Shown: positions 28,382-41,864, counted from the stretch's first letter. The stretch: DNA of 64,000 nt from the human T2T-CHM13v2.0 reference genome, Homo sapiens (GCF_009914755.1 NC_060931.1), one strand, 5' to 3'. The notes: a model not told the origin generated them from the letters alone. Numbers and translations are program-made.

Positions 28382-28604
28382 TAGGGTTTCTCCACCTTGG
28401 CACTATTGACATTCTGGGTCCAATAATTCTTTTTTGTTGGAGGCTGCCCTTTGCTTTGTAGGATATTTGGCAGCATCTCTGGCTTCTGCTTGCTAGTAGC
28501 AGCTGCACCCACCCTACCCTCTCCAGTTGTAACAATCAAAAATATCTCCAGAGTTTTCCAAATGTCCCATGGGGAGCAAAATTGCCTCTGGTTGGGAACC
28601 ACTA
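28382..28604 (+). mobile_element. MER20 (hAT-Charlie MITE), complete
   Basis: gggtttctccaccttggcactattgacatt...caaaattgcctctggttgggaaccact. Confidence 0.92.
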
Positions 28605-29633
28605 GATTATATGTATCAATGCCATCACTGAAATATTTTGGTTATAAGGCAGTATATAATATTTTGAATTAATAATAAGGAAATGAATAAGCCTTAACTG
28701 GTGAAAAGGGGAGAAAGGGAATGGAACATTTACAGTTGGACCTGGAAATTCGAGTCTTAATAAGTTGCCCAAGCATTACTGTAACAATTCTGAACCACTG
28801 CTTGTCTATTCACCTGGTGGTTCTTAGATGGAATTTCACTGAAGTATCATGTCTTTAAAGAGAGAAGCTTCTGAAGGGGAGAAATAGAGGATGTATGATG
28901 GACAAGGCTTCTTTGGGGATGCCCACTCCATGCAGACAAGGAAGATGTGCCAGGCTAATCAGGAGCCAGTGGCAGCAGGGCACTGGCCAAGCCCCATGTC
29001 TGTGCACAGACAGCTCATGGCCCATTAGTGTATGGTGCTTATCCCAGAATATGTGGACATGAAGAAATGAAGATGGAGGACTTGAGTAGGTGGTGAAGAT
29101 CATCAAACTGGGATACAGGAACTAGGTTATTTGCCACTTTGGGGGTGCCATATTGCTTCTAAAGACTATTTTATGGCTGCTTTATGTGGCAGTGTATTTG
29201 CATACCCCTTGAGGAACTTGCCTCTGGCCAGCAGTGGGTAATGGAAATTTTGTACTTTTAACTTTTGTTGTGAAAGACTATTAAAGTTGTCTGTTATCCA
29301 AGGAAACCTTTACTAGGCTTTCAAAGCCAGAGCTAAAGAATAATAGGTAGTTCCCAGGTAAATATTTTAATGTGCCTATTCTGATTTCTCTAATGGTAAT
29401 ATGCATTTAATCTTGAAAGAATGTAGTTTTGTTTTTTTTTAACAGCACTCCAGGCTAAGCATCTTGCATTACAGTAAATAATTGAGAATTGAGCTTTACA
29501 CCATTTCATCCAATTGAAATAGTGACATAGAGTGCATTTTGCCCTTTGCTTGAAGAAACATGATTTTGTTCAGCTTTCAGTGCCCATTCCTTTGCAATTG
29601 AAGCACAATGTAGTTTTTCTTTTGTTATTGCAG

Positions 29634-29771
29634 AACAGATGAAATGAAACCATAGATAAACGTGTAAGAGGTACTTTTGAAAGCAGAGCTATAAAACTCA
29701 GTTCCATATTCATCATGGCTTGGATGTCCAGAACTTGCTTACATCTATTTGTGGACTTTTTTGTATCAAAG
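29634..29771 (+). other. candidate 138-nt exon, either a 5'UTR/first-coding exon or a lncRNA exon
   Basis: Acceptor tttttcttttgttattgcag; donor AAG|gtaaac; early stops in all three frames; ATG in atcATGg context at 29715 stays open to the donor. Confidence 0.35.
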
Positions 29772-30229
29772 GTAAACAAAGAGTTTTTAAGAAAACAATA
29801 AATTTCTTTAGTTTAAAATCAGGTCATGTACCCTTTTTTTAATTAAAAAAGGAGTGATGATTCATCTTCCATCTCCCAACTAGGGTTCTCCAGTAATGGC
29901 CCTTGATGGTGCTGTTTCAAGTTGTGTGTATCAGGAGAGTTTCAGCTGCGAAGGGACTGGCCATTGGCCACAGTAGTCTTGCCAGAATGATGTTTGGGTT
30001 AATTGCACCGTCTAGTTTATTTTCAGTCTTCCCTACTAGACAGCACTTAGCATTGTTTTACTAAACTTTATATCCCTAAGCTGAGCACTAGGCCAGGTGT
30101 ATAATAAAAACTTAGTACATATTTGGGTCACTTTCTATTTAGTGATAGTGGGCAATTTGCAAAGCTCATCCCCCAAAGGCATAATAATATTTATAACAGT
30201 TGTTCCCAATTCTTGAGAATCTATTTTGT

Positions 30230-30630
30230 GCCATGTGGCAGTTTGGGTTCTTCTGGAAATGAAACCTGAGATGGATTTGTGTGTAGGGAGTGCCCTTGAA
30301 TTCAACATCTGTGAAGGAAGGGGGCAGAAAGGGGAATGAGCCAAGGGAGAGGTGAGCTATAAAACAGGACAGAGCAGAAAGAAGGCCAGCAGACCTCAAA
30401 GAGTTCTGGAGCTGAAATGGACATCAAGGTTGTCCCATTCTGTGTCTGGCCAAAATGCCTGGGCCTCCACATCCCTGTCTTTGGATGTGAGTCACCACTG
30501 AAAAGGCATGACCTTGGGTGAGGCTTGAAGAGGCTAGCAGCTGAAGGCATGTGCTGACAGCACTCCCAGCACCTGGCTGCAGTCCCTCCTGGAAGAGGAT
30601 GTGCCTGCATGTCTCTGTGTCCTCATGCCC
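30230..30630 (-). mobile_element. ERVL solo LTR (LTR16-like)
   Basis: agggagtgcccttgaattcaacatctgtgaaggaagg...agggagaggtgagct resembles the LTR16 consensus; approximate limits. Confidence 0.55.
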
Positions 30631-30984
30631 AAGCCATTCTGCCAGATGCTTTCCATCTAGTAGCTCTTGTCTTCACTGTGATCCTTAAAGTTAGCTAATA
30701 TTTGCCCTGCCCTTTACATATGCAGAAACTCAGGTTCAGAGAGGTTAAGTAGCTTGCTAGGTAAACAGTGTTGGATACTTAAATTTGGGTCTGAGTCCAA
30801 AGCCTGTACTCTTTGGATTTCTCTAGAGAATGGATCAATCAAATAAGAAAAGAAGAGTGCATTGGGAGTCAGGAGACTGAGGTGTGGTCTGGCTCTGCTG
30901 CTAACTTCAAGTTTACACTCAATTGATCAAGTCCCTTGATGACATGGAACTAAAGTGACTTTTGAAGAACATGAGTACCTCAAG

Positions 30985-31085
30985 GATCTTGCTAAAATAC
31001 AGATTCTGATCTAGTAGGTCTGGGATAGGGCCTGAGATTTTTCATTTCTAAGAAGCTCTCAGGTGATGTCTACACTGCTGGCAAA
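30985..31085. mobile_element. MER5 fragment
   Basis: aaaatacagattctgatctagtaggtctgggatagggcctgaga...aagctctcaggtgatg. Confidence 0.75.
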
Positions 31086-31149
31086 CTGAAATCTCAGAAG
31101 ACTCCAATGTCTTCTTCAGCCCTGAAAGTAAATGAGTCTCAAAAATGTA

Positions 31150-31920
31150 GGGACAGTTCTTCCCTACAGAAGAATTCCAATTGATAAACATAGAAGAAAT
31201 TAAGGAAATACAAAATTACCATCAGAACACCCCTGTAATAATTGTGGCAAATAAAATCCACAGATGAATGCTAAAATTAGAAGCTAAAAAGTTTTAGGAG
31301 AAATACAATATTTGCATAGTATCAATGTATCTCCCCCTTAAATACGTATTGATTACAAAGAAAAAATAATGAGGTTAGAGCAGCGACCCCCTTAACCATG
31401 TGATCAAAGTCAATTATCACCAGTAATAAAACATATTGTCATCATGTTGACATATCGATATCACCTCCAGATATGATGCACTGAGAAAGACACATCACTT
31501 CTGTGTATTCTTATCCAGAACACACAACCTCAGTCTAATCATGAGAGAATATTAGATAAACCCAAAATAAGGGTCATGCTACAAAATAACTGTCCAGAAT
31601 TTTTTGAAATGTCCACATCCTGAGAGACAAGGAAAGGCTGAGGAATTCTCATGGATTAGAGGAGAGCAAGGAGACATAACAGTATAATGTGGGATCTTGG
31701 ATTGAATCTTGGAACAGAAAAGTGATGTTGGTAAAACATGCAAATGTCAGTAGTTTATAGTACTGTACCAATACTTAATTTTGACAAATGTATCATGATG
31801 ATGTAAGATTAGATATTAACTTAAGAGGATGCTTGGTGGAAGATAAATGGTAACTCTGCCCTATTTTTGCAACTTTTCTATAAGCCTAAAATTATTCAAA
31901 AATTAAAAGTTAAAATAAAA
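31150..31920 (+). mobile_element. L1MC (L1MC4-like) 3' end
   Basis: atccacagatgaatgctaaaattag, ttaaccatgtgatcaaagt, tatttttgcaacttttctataagcctaaaattatt. Confidence 0.8.
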
Positions 31921-32249
31921 ATATTTACAGATATATTCTTCAAAATTTTTTTCAGACATATTTTATACATTAACACACTCATACAATAGGGTTTATTTAG
32001 ACTTTATATATTGCATGATTTGCAAATAATGATGATTTTACTTTTAATTTTCTACTATTTTTACTTCTTTTTTCATCAAAAAAAGTAAAACTCAAACAAT
32101 TTTGAATTACTGTAGTGGTCATAGATATCTTTTGGCATTGCTGAATGCAATGCAATTCTATTTCATAGAATGTCCCTTATTTTGGGTTTGTCTAATATTA
32201 TCTCATGATATCTTCTTGCAGTGCAATATATCTTATGGTTAAAAATGAT

Positions 32250-32470
32250 GATAACTAACATTTATTGTACTTACTGCAAATCAGGCACTGTGCTGAATTG
32301 TTTTAAGTGTCTTACTTCATTGTTCTGCCCAATAACCCTATTATTTTCACTATTTTACAGAAAAGGAAATAGAGAAGTAAAATAACTTGCTGAAGTTCAC
32401 ATAGTAATTTGTGAAACCAGGATTTGAACCAAGGTTACTTAACTTTCTAAGAAAGCTTTTAGTTACGCTG
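32250..32470 (-). mobile_element. MIR SINE
   Basis: taacatttattg...caggcactgtgct...ttttacagaaaaggaaat...aacttgctgaagttcaca...ggatttgaacc. Confidence 0.75.
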
Positions 32471-32554
32471 TCTATAACACTGTGTATTCCTCTGACCAAT
32501 TGATTTCAGTTAGATTTGCTTTAACATTGGAAGGCTACCGTCACTGAACCAGCA

Positions 32555-32864
32555 TTTTATTTCATTTTATTTTATTTTATTTTAGATTGAGTCTCACTCT
32601 GCCACCCAGACAGGAGTGCAGTGGTGCAATGTCAGCTCGGTGCAACCTCTGCTTCCTGGGTTCAAGTGATTCTTATGCCTCAGCCTCCTGAGTAGCTGGG
32701 ATTATAGGCACCTGCCATCATGCCTGGCTAATTTTTGTATTTTCAGTAAAGATGGGGTTTCACCATTCTGGCCAGGCTTGTTTTGAACTCCTGACCTCAA
32801 GTGATCCACCTGCCTTGGCCTCCCAAAGTGCTGGGATTACAGGCATGAGCCACTGCATCAGGCC
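32555..32864 (-). mobile_element. AluSx-like
   Basis: Antisense dimer; TSD tg(a/g)a(c/t)cagcatttta at 32545-32559 and 32865-32879. Confidence 0.95.
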
Positions 32865-33659
32865 TGGATCAGCATTTTAAAGATGGCGTCACAATGGCAA
32901 AGAAACCAGTCAGTGCTTTGTGATCCTCCGCCCAGTACAGGCACAGCAGGGCATCCAGAGAAGATAGGAGTCCCAAGTTGACACCTGCCACATTCTTGGC
33001 TCAGAACAGCTGTGGCTGGGAAGGTCCATGGGCCAGGGAGCGGGTGATGAAGGACTTCAGCATCTTTATCAGCGCCCCCCCACACAGACGGCAGCTGCGG
33101 CCTAGCCCCCAGGCTTCACTTGGCGTGGACAACTTGCTAAGTAAAGTGGGGGGTGGGCCACGGCTGGCTCCTACCTGGACAGGCCTCCAGCTAACTCCGG
33201 GCTTGCACAGCAAATACAAGAAAAAAAGAAACAGAAAAATCAGTTCATGTGCCCTTTCCTGACTTCTCCTGGCACCTACAGCCCTGACTGCAGAGATGGT
33301 CCCGTGGTCCCAAGACAGAGGCTGGAGAAGTGAGTGGAGCCAAGAGGCAGAAAGATCTCAGTAATTTGGAAAAAATTCCCAACTGGGTGCAGCTGGCTAC
33401 ACCTTTTCTTCCCCAGGTGACACTCAGGGAGGATAACATGATCTCATAAGATTATTTTTGGGGTTTCCTTGACTTAGAGTTTCCATTCTTTAGTATTCTG
33501 CCTGGGGCACAGAAAGTACTTAGTAAACCTTGTAAAAATGATTGATTTACACTTTTCTTTGATAAACATGGACAGACAATGAAGGATTTTAACTGAAGAC
33601 ACTTTAAGAAAAGCAGCAGATCAGATGGGTTGGGGGAAGATGTGAAGTGTTTGGGAAAA

Positions 33660-35360
33660 TGCATAAAACAGAATTAATTTTTAAAATAAAACTTGAAGAA
33701 CATCTCAATTAGCAATCTCAAGGAGAGTTGTGGGGGATATTGTGCCAAAAAAGTAGGCTGCTTTGAAAAAGGAAATTTAAAATGTGATTGCTGAAGGAGC
33801 CCCACTGATATTGGCAACAAATACCAAATAAACATTGCTAAAAATTGAATTAGGGATTTAGAAACTAACTTGAGGGGTTTTCACAGAACATAGAATGAAA
33901 ATATAAATAGGAATTACAAGATAGAAGTGACTGAGAGGATAGATTTAGTGTATCCAACATATGTTTATTCTCTTCACTCTAATTGGAACAGATGGAGAAG
34001 GGATAATATTTAAAGATATATAAGAGAAAATTTACCTAGGCTAAAGAAAGATTTGAGGTTGCTGGTGAAAATTTCTCCCAAACCCATACAAGATATTGAA
34101 AAAGACACATACATATACATATCCTAATAATATGTTCTAATTTCATGGGTAAAGACATAAATTCTATAGATCTCTAAACTAAAAAAAAGATGGGAGAGAT
34201 CAACCTAAAGTGTCATCAAACAGCTCATTTACCACACTAATTGCCTGATGACAAAGGAGCAAGATTCACCAAGATTGTGAACCTGGATTCCTTTGTGTAG
34301 ACAAACTAGTATTTGTATAGCTACAAATGAAATATACTTTGAGATGTGAAAATACTTAGGAAATATTCTGTTAATGCATAATTTCTGGGAAAAAAATGTT
34401 CAAGGACCTATACCACTCATTAAAACCCATCAGAATACAGAACAAATACAAGTGAAAGATAGTACATACGTGAGACAGTTATAAGCATTGAAAGCAGTAA
34501 TCTCACAGGTAAGCCAAAATGTATTTTGAAACTATGTATTTTGGGAATACAACTGTGAACAAAAAAGTCCTAATAATAAGAGGCATAAATTAATAAAATC
34601 GTAACAATCCAGAACTAAAGTTTCAAATGGTTTTTTAAAATATGTTGGATAGAAGTATTTAATTTTTCAGAGCATTATATTGCTCTTTATTCTTTTTTAT
34701 AGACTCATATTCCTGTTTCATGGATGAGCTCTCTCTTATAAGGGTACAATATTGCTTTGTTGTTGTTGTTTTTGTTAGTTTTCTTCTGTTCCTTAATATC
34801 TCTGTTTCTTTCAAGTTCTTTTTACCTGCCTGTTTGTTTTGGTCTCTATATTTCCTGTTAGAAGCTTTCTTCAACTATCTGGTGGTCCTTGGCTCTGTGG
34901 TCACATTTAGGAATGAGATTTAGTCTATCAATTGGTGGAGCTCACTTCATTCCGGGGGCCCTTGGGTCTTCATATCTGTAGGCGTTTCCCCCTGAGCTGG
35001 TTGTTTTCTTCAGAGAAGCCTCCAGACTTCTTCCTGTGGATATGAGCTTGACTGTGAGTTTGGGAGCTGGAGAAGGCTTAAGTCAGCATGGTGCAATTTA
35101 GTAATGTCCGTCACTCCTCTTCTGTGCCTGGTGCCTCTTAGTCTGGAGCTTCTTTTAAAAAAATTCCTCTGAGAATAAACTTTCTGTTGATTGCTGGGGT
35201 GGGTAAGAGGATGCGAGAGCCAGCTTTCCCTATGTACACCTTCTCTTATGTAGGCTTCTCTCGAGTTCTAGAACTTTCTATGATTCTGTGATGTGAATTG
35301 GCTTGTTTCCTGTTGACTTCCTTTTTGGGGCACTAGTTTTTGGTCTTTGCATTTTTTTTT
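33660..35360. mobile_element. old L1 ORF1-like/HAL1 remnants in opposite orientations (+ ~33660-34640, - ~34660-35360)
   Basis: A-rich ORF1-like tract followed by a T-rich tract with the tcctgtttcatggatg motif; highly decayed. Confidence 0.5.
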
Positions 35361-35779
35361 AAAACCACTGATCTCCATCAAGCCCATTGTTAAAAAATAT
35401 ATGGATTGTTTCATTGTCATTATTTCTTGAATTTTCTTGTCCTTGTGAAATTACTGCTTTTACAGTGTTCTTCTGCTGTCTGGTCAGCATTGGAAAAAGA
35501 GAATGGAGATGGGCATATGTATTCCCTTTCCTGTCGATGTATATCCGTGAACTTTGGGGTAACATTTCCACAAAAGTGTCTCCCCCTACAAAAAGGAAGT
35601 CTCATAGAGATTTTGGTTGGAGTTACATTCAACCCGTACATTATTTTAAGGGGAAAAAAGTCTTTCTCATGTCTAGTTTTCCCATCTGGGGACATAGATG
35701 TCTCTACATTCAGTTCAGAGCCCTCTTGTCAGCATCTGTTTTCTTTGTATTGGTTGTGCAGCTGATCAAGGGACAGTGG

Positions 35780-36020
35780 AGAGTGGAAAGACTTTGAAGA
35801 GGCTTTGAAGAAGGACAGAGGTTTCCAGCCTGCCTCTCCAAGAGCTATGTGGCATCTGACAATTTACTTAGTTGTCCAGACCTCATTTTCCTGAGGTCTG
35901 ACCGAGGAAAATGGAATTTTTTATATATATTGTTGAAATGCTTTGTATAGTAAACATGGAGACAGTAACCCCACTTGTGGAGTTGTGAGAATCAGAAAGA
36001 GTTCATGTGAAGCATACAGG
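35780..36020 (+). mobile_element. MIR interrupted by a ~45-bp insertion
   Basis: cctcattttcct...aaaatgga[insert]gacagtaaccccacttgtggagttgtgagaat. Confidence 0.65.
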
Positions 36021-38861
36021 ATTGAGATAATATTTACTATTTTATTAGAACAAGGCACTTCTAGGTACATGCCTGTGTATTTTATGCTTTTTGTTGATGA
36101 GATAAATGAGATGTTTACTTTTTGAAGATTGTAATTTTTTTTTTGGTAGTTGTTAGAAAAGCAATTTCTCTTTGGAGATGTAGCCTTAATCTTGTTACTC
36201 AAATTCCATGTCAGTTCTAATAGTATTTTAAAATTATTTCTTGGATTTGCAAATAATGAATGACTGCCTCCATTTTCTTAAGGTTCTATAAATGTGGTAT
36301 TGATTTCCTCTATGGCAAAATACTTATTTACAATAGTCAACAATCTTTCCAAGTAGTCATGTGTTTACATGTCTGTGTCTAAAATTTTATTAATAATTTC
36401 TAACATTTCTGCATTGTGGTCCAGTGATGTGGTTTGTCAAATATATTGATATATTTGAGCATGTTCCATTTACAAGGAAGATGTACTTCCTGTTTAGTAG
36501 GTACAAGTTTGATATGTACTATTAATTTTTCCTTACTGGTTAAATATCAGAAGACCAATTTCATTCACTCATTCATTCACCTGCTTTATCTGTCAAAGAC
36601 AAAATAAATTATGGTAAAATCTCCCCAGGTTAGTTGCTATTTGTCCCCTTTGCATTTCTAGGTCGTGAAAGTTTCCTCCATTCTCCAGTGAATTATATTC
36701 TCGTTGTAGTAATCAGTGGTTTTCACGAGCATTTGTATTGTTCTTCTTTACACCTTAGGTGTATTTGTTTGTGGGGGTAAATAGTGTATATTAGGAAACA
36801 TTAGTATGCATTTGAAATGAAATTTTTGCCCCTAGCATCCTAAAGAGGAAATTTCAAGAAAGCCCTGTATTCCAGCACAGGAAGCAGGAATGTCTTAAGC
36901 CACACTGCGCTGTTTCTGCTGGAGACATCTCCCTGCTCTCAAACCTTCCTTCACTGGTAGGTTCTAAGATGCATTTTTGCAGAGTGATGTTTCTTCCATA
37001 GTGAAATAGGTATAATTTTCTGGAAAGGTTAGGCATTATCTTTTTGTTTTATTTTTAAAATTATGTAACATTTGATATGTACAGAGAACATATGTAAACT
37101 TAGAACTGGAACATTACTGAGACTGCTTCATCTACCCAGGTGCTCCTCCCCAATCTTGAACTTTGTATTTAGTGTAACCTTCTGTGAGGGGTACAGACTA
37201 CAACGCAAGGCTGCAGCTCAGGTGACTTAGGGAGCCTGCCTTTTGCTTTCAAGTCATGGAGTAAATTCATGCACCTCCTGAGGAACATCCTCAAGTGGCT
37301 GGCTAACTTGTAGCACGACTTTCAAAATAACAAACTTTGTGCTTTGCTCTACCAAGTGAGACCACATATAGGAAAGTTCTTGGAAATTATGAAATTGTAC
37401 ACACATGTAAATGTCCTTATGAAGACACAATATGCTGCTATTAAATTTAACAACTTTCTAAAATGTCCTCAAAGAAATACAATTCTTAAAAATAAACAAT
37501 AAACAGAGAATATACCAAGAGGGCTAGAATACATGGCAACTGGAAGTTGGAGGGGAAAAAAGGAGACTTTGGGGACAAAAAAGGTTCATAACTCTTCAAA
37601 GATATTTTTTGGTTAAAATCCAAGATGAAAATAGGAAGAACAAGTAAACAAAGGAAAACAAATTCATCTTATAAGGAAATTGAGTTTACTAAAAATTATT
37701 ATAAAGTCTTTACAGAAATTTGTATTTTACTTTGGCAAAAGAATTTTATATATATGTATTATTGAAATGCTTTGTATAGTGAACACAGGGAGGTTGATTT
37801 AAAACAGGCTATTTGATAAATTTGCTGAGTGTGTACCTCTCTACTCAGTGAGTATTACCGTTTTGACTTTTCTCTGCAGCAATTGTCTCTAAGATAATAA
37901 AACCTGGCGAGCATTTATCATGGGATACAATGGACACTGATTTTATGAAATTGACTTCAGAGAAACCCTTGTGCTCACAGGCATGCTGAGCTCAGAGAGG
38001 TCCTGCCACCTTCCCAGGTCCAGTACAACAATCTTACAGGTGTAACAGCAGATTCGTGAATGAACACAAAAGGCCTGTGCTCACAAAGGTCTTTTGTTCA
38101 TGGACAGAACCACTTAGACTGGCAACAGTCTACATTTCACTAGTGTCTTTCTTTGTTCGTTTAAAACAGTAAATCCAGAATGAGTCCAGTGACAGTAATA
38201 AAGGAAGAAAATTAGCACTGCAGTTAAATAGTTAAGAACACTTAACTGGGGGAGATAAATTCTACCAATTCTAAACTGTGATGAAAGATCAATAATTGGA
38301 AGTTTTTTAAAAATGACTTTTTAATAAAATTATAAAAGGAAAACAAGACAAATATCTTGTACATGAAAGACTACCATATAAAGAAAAACTTATTCTTTAC
38401 AATACTTTAAGATTTTGGTGTGCATTAAGTGTTCGTCAGCTTCATACTCGCAGAGTCTCTGAGGTATCTGGGACAGAGCAGGCCCCCAGTAGGTGTTCAC
38501 TGAATTAAGTGAATGAATTATGGGGTGTGCCCAAGCCAGTCTTTCTTCTCTCACTTTTCTTAATGGTCATTATTAATCAATGGTATTTCTCTTATCTTAG
38601 TACCTCTGGAAAGATCAAACTAGTGAGTAAATGTAGAATTAATATGAATTTTGCCACACATAATGAAATAAAATTAATATTTCAGCGATAACACAACTGC
38701 AACCTCAAAATGATGTGTATCTATTTCTATGTTTGGCTTGATTCGTGTCAGAAAAGATAACCTGAGATAGTAGGCTGTCATTAGTGAGTAAATGAATTAA
38801 CAAGTGCTAATTAATAATTTCATGATTCATTCCCAAAACCTTTTTGTGCCAGTCCTTAATA

Positions 38862-39217
38862 TTGTACCAGATGTTTCTGGTTCTCCATCTTCCAGGCATG
38901 TGGTAGCCCTGTTCACCTTAGGCGTGGTCATGTGATCTGCACTGGCCAGTGGAATAAGTGGAAGTGATGTGTATTACCTCTAGGTTGAAGTTTATGAGGC
39001 CATTCACCACATTATCTTCCCACACCAAAGTGATCAGGAAAGCATGGGTCAAGCTGAAGCTTCCATCAGCATGAGTTTCTTATAAGCAGGCCTTCCCTAC
39101 CCACCCAGATTAGACATGTAGTGTGAATGAGAAAAGAAAGTTTTATCAGATTAAGTCAGTGAGATTTGAGGGGCTATTTGTTACCACAGCATAATTTAGC
39201 CTGTCCTGACTGACACA
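38862..39217 (+). mobile_element. MaLR solo LTR (MLT1I/J-like)
   Basis: ggtcatgtgatctgcactggccagtggaa...gaagtgatgtg...tttgttaccacagcataatttagcctgtcctgactgacaca. Confidence 0.75.
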
Positions 39218-39744
39218 TGTTCATTCGCAAACCGGGGCTTTGTGCTAGGCATAGTGGAAGTCAATACTAATAAAATATGCATCTTTATTTCAAAGGAATT
39301 TACATTCAATAGGAGAGGCATGCGTATAAAAAAGTACCACTCAGACTATAAGCCCAAAATCAAACATTTATGGGACACATTAAACATTGTGGGAAGTGTT
39401 GCTTCAGGTATAATGGCTTGAATTAATCTTTAGGAAACTCCAGAGTTTTCATAGTTGAAAATGAATTCTTTCCAGTAGATTCTATCAAACATCCAAAAAA
39501 ATGTTATCAGTAGATTCATTCCTCTGGCTGCATTATTCAAGACCAAAGTATAAAAAAAAAGTTTTTACATTTGATATATTAAATCATTTCTGAGTAGACT
39601 ATTAAAATAATAATTTTGACTGTAATATTCAGATACTTACATGAAAACCATTGCTGTACTCATAGAATAATAAATTACTGTGTGAAATTATGCAGTGAAT
39701 TGTGCTGTCACAGGGTTTACATTTATAAGGATAAAATTGATATA

Positions 39745-40045
39745 TTCTTTTCTTTCTTTTTTTGAGACAGGGTCTCACTATGTCACTCAACCTGGAGTGC
39801 AGTGGTGCAGTCTCAGCTCACTGCAACCTCTGTTTCCCAGGCTTAAGAGATCTTCCCACCTTAGCCTACTGAGTAGCTGGTACTATAGGCACATGCCACC
39901 AAACCTGGCTAATTTTTCTATTTTTTGTAGTGATGGGGTTTCGCCGCATTGCCCAGGCCGGTCTTAATCTCCTGAGCTCAAGCGGTGCACCTGTCTTGGC
40001 CTCCCAAAGTGCTGGGACTATAGGCATGAGCCACCGTGCCCAGCC
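39745..40045 (-). mobile_element. AluJ
   Basis: Diverged J-type antisense dimer. Confidence 0.92.
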
Positions 40046-41067
40046 AATACATTATTTTCAAAATCATATTTCCTCACATCCACAGAAATGTAGAGCACAG
40101 ATTTTGGCCTTAGACAGCTCTGGTCTGAGTCCTTGCTCCCCTAAGATGAAGAGTGAAGATGTAGTCTAGTACAGATAACTCATGTATCTTAGCTTTAATT
40201 TCCTTATCAATACAGTGAAGTATAATATAAGGCTTTTAAGCTTCTTGTGAGTATTGATTGAGATAATTCAGGAAGCACTTTGTGCAGTGTTTTATTTGGA
40301 GTAGTCACTGAAGAAATGTTTACTAAATAGTACTATTACTTACTACATTTTCTCTTCTTACAACCACATTGCTTCCAAAAACTTGTCAAGGTAAAAGGCA
40401 ATACAGGTTGACCAATATGGGTGGTTATTATACATAAACCATAAAAATTAAGATATTGGGGAAACACACCAGTTTTCCAATTTTCTTTGAGATTCTTATA
40501 TTCATGATTTTGCTTAAGGGAATGCATTAAATTTGTTTCTTGCATGTTTATTGTAGAACTTTTAGAAAACATAGATAAGCAAAAAGGATCAAGTAATAAG
40601 AACTTACCCATTATCTCAAGATCTGGACATAACTACTGTTAATACTTTGGCATATATCCTACAAGCATTTTTTCATGCATATCTGTGGGTGCATACAAAA
40701 TATGTATGATATATATTTCTGAATGAAAAAGGAGCTGGGTACCGCTTTTTAAAAACTGGATATTTCATGAACACCTTTCATGTGGATATTCTCCTGCACA
40801 ATCCTTTACAATGAGGGCATGTGCCACACATCTCCCATCTACCCCTCCAATCCCATCCCCTCCCCCTTTCCATCTTGCCTGCTCCATCAGGCAGTCATTC
40901 CCACCCAGCTACCTCTCCCTGGGTTCCAGTTACCATCCCCTTGAGACAATGGTAACTGCACCATGCTCGTGGTTTACTTTCTTTTTGTGAATAGTTCAAA
41001 ATACTTTAAAAAACCAATTCAAGTGTCTCATCTAGTTCCTCCTAGGACCCTGACTTATGCACCAAGA

Positions 41068-41257
41068 GAGAGGTTCTCAAACTATACTGTGCATCAGAAT
41101 CACACAGAAGGTTTGTTAAAATACAGATTGCTGGGCATCACTCTCCAGAGGTTCTGATTCAGTAGGTGGGAAAGGGCCAGATAATTTGCATTTTTAACAA
41201 GTTCCCAGATGGTGCTGGAGCTGCTGGTCTAGGGACCACAGCCTGAGAACTGCTGCA
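41068..41257 (+). mobile_element. MER5A (hAT-Charlie MITE)
   Basis: ggttctcaaact...gcatcagaatcac...tttaacaagttcccag...gagaactgctg. Confidence 0.9.
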
Positions 41258-41290
41258 GTAAACATTCACGCCATTGCATGAATCTGACAG

Positions 41291-41585
41291 TTTATTTATT
41301 TATTTATTTATTTATTTATTTTAAAGAGGAATTTTTTATTTTTCAATTTTTTTACCTTTGTTCATTTTCTTTTTTTTTTATTATTATACTTTAAGTTCTA
41401 GGGTACATGTGCACAATGTGCAGGTTTGATATATATGTATACATGTGCCATGTTGGTTTGCTGCACCCATCAACTCATCACTTACCTTAGGTATTTCTCC
41501 TAATGCTATCCTTCCCCCAGCCCCCAACCCCCCGACAGGCCCCTGTGTGTGATGTTCCCCACCCTGTGTCCAAGTGATCTCATTG
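41291..41585 (-). mobile_element. 5'-truncated L1PA (roughly L1PA5-7) 3' end with a 3' transduction
   Basis: L1PA 3'UTR ttattatactttaagttctagggtacatgtgcacaa at ~41378-41585; TSD gaatctgacagtttattta at 41280-41298 and 41586-41604. Confidence 0.92.
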
Positions 41586-41864
41586 GAATCTGACAGTTTA
41601 TTTAACCATTTATCTCATATGCAAATAACTCTGGCTTTTATATCCTTTTAGCTAAATCTTTATACATTGATATATTAGTTTCCTTAAAAAAAATTTCTAA
41701 AAAGTAGAACTTGGGCACAGGTATATGCACATTTTTAAAGTTTCTGAGATTGCCAAATTGTCCATCAGATAGTTTTTATGAATTTACAATTCTACTAACA
41801 CATACAAAAAACATTTCCTTATATCTTTACAAATATATGAAAGCATTTCCTATTTCCTTGTATC

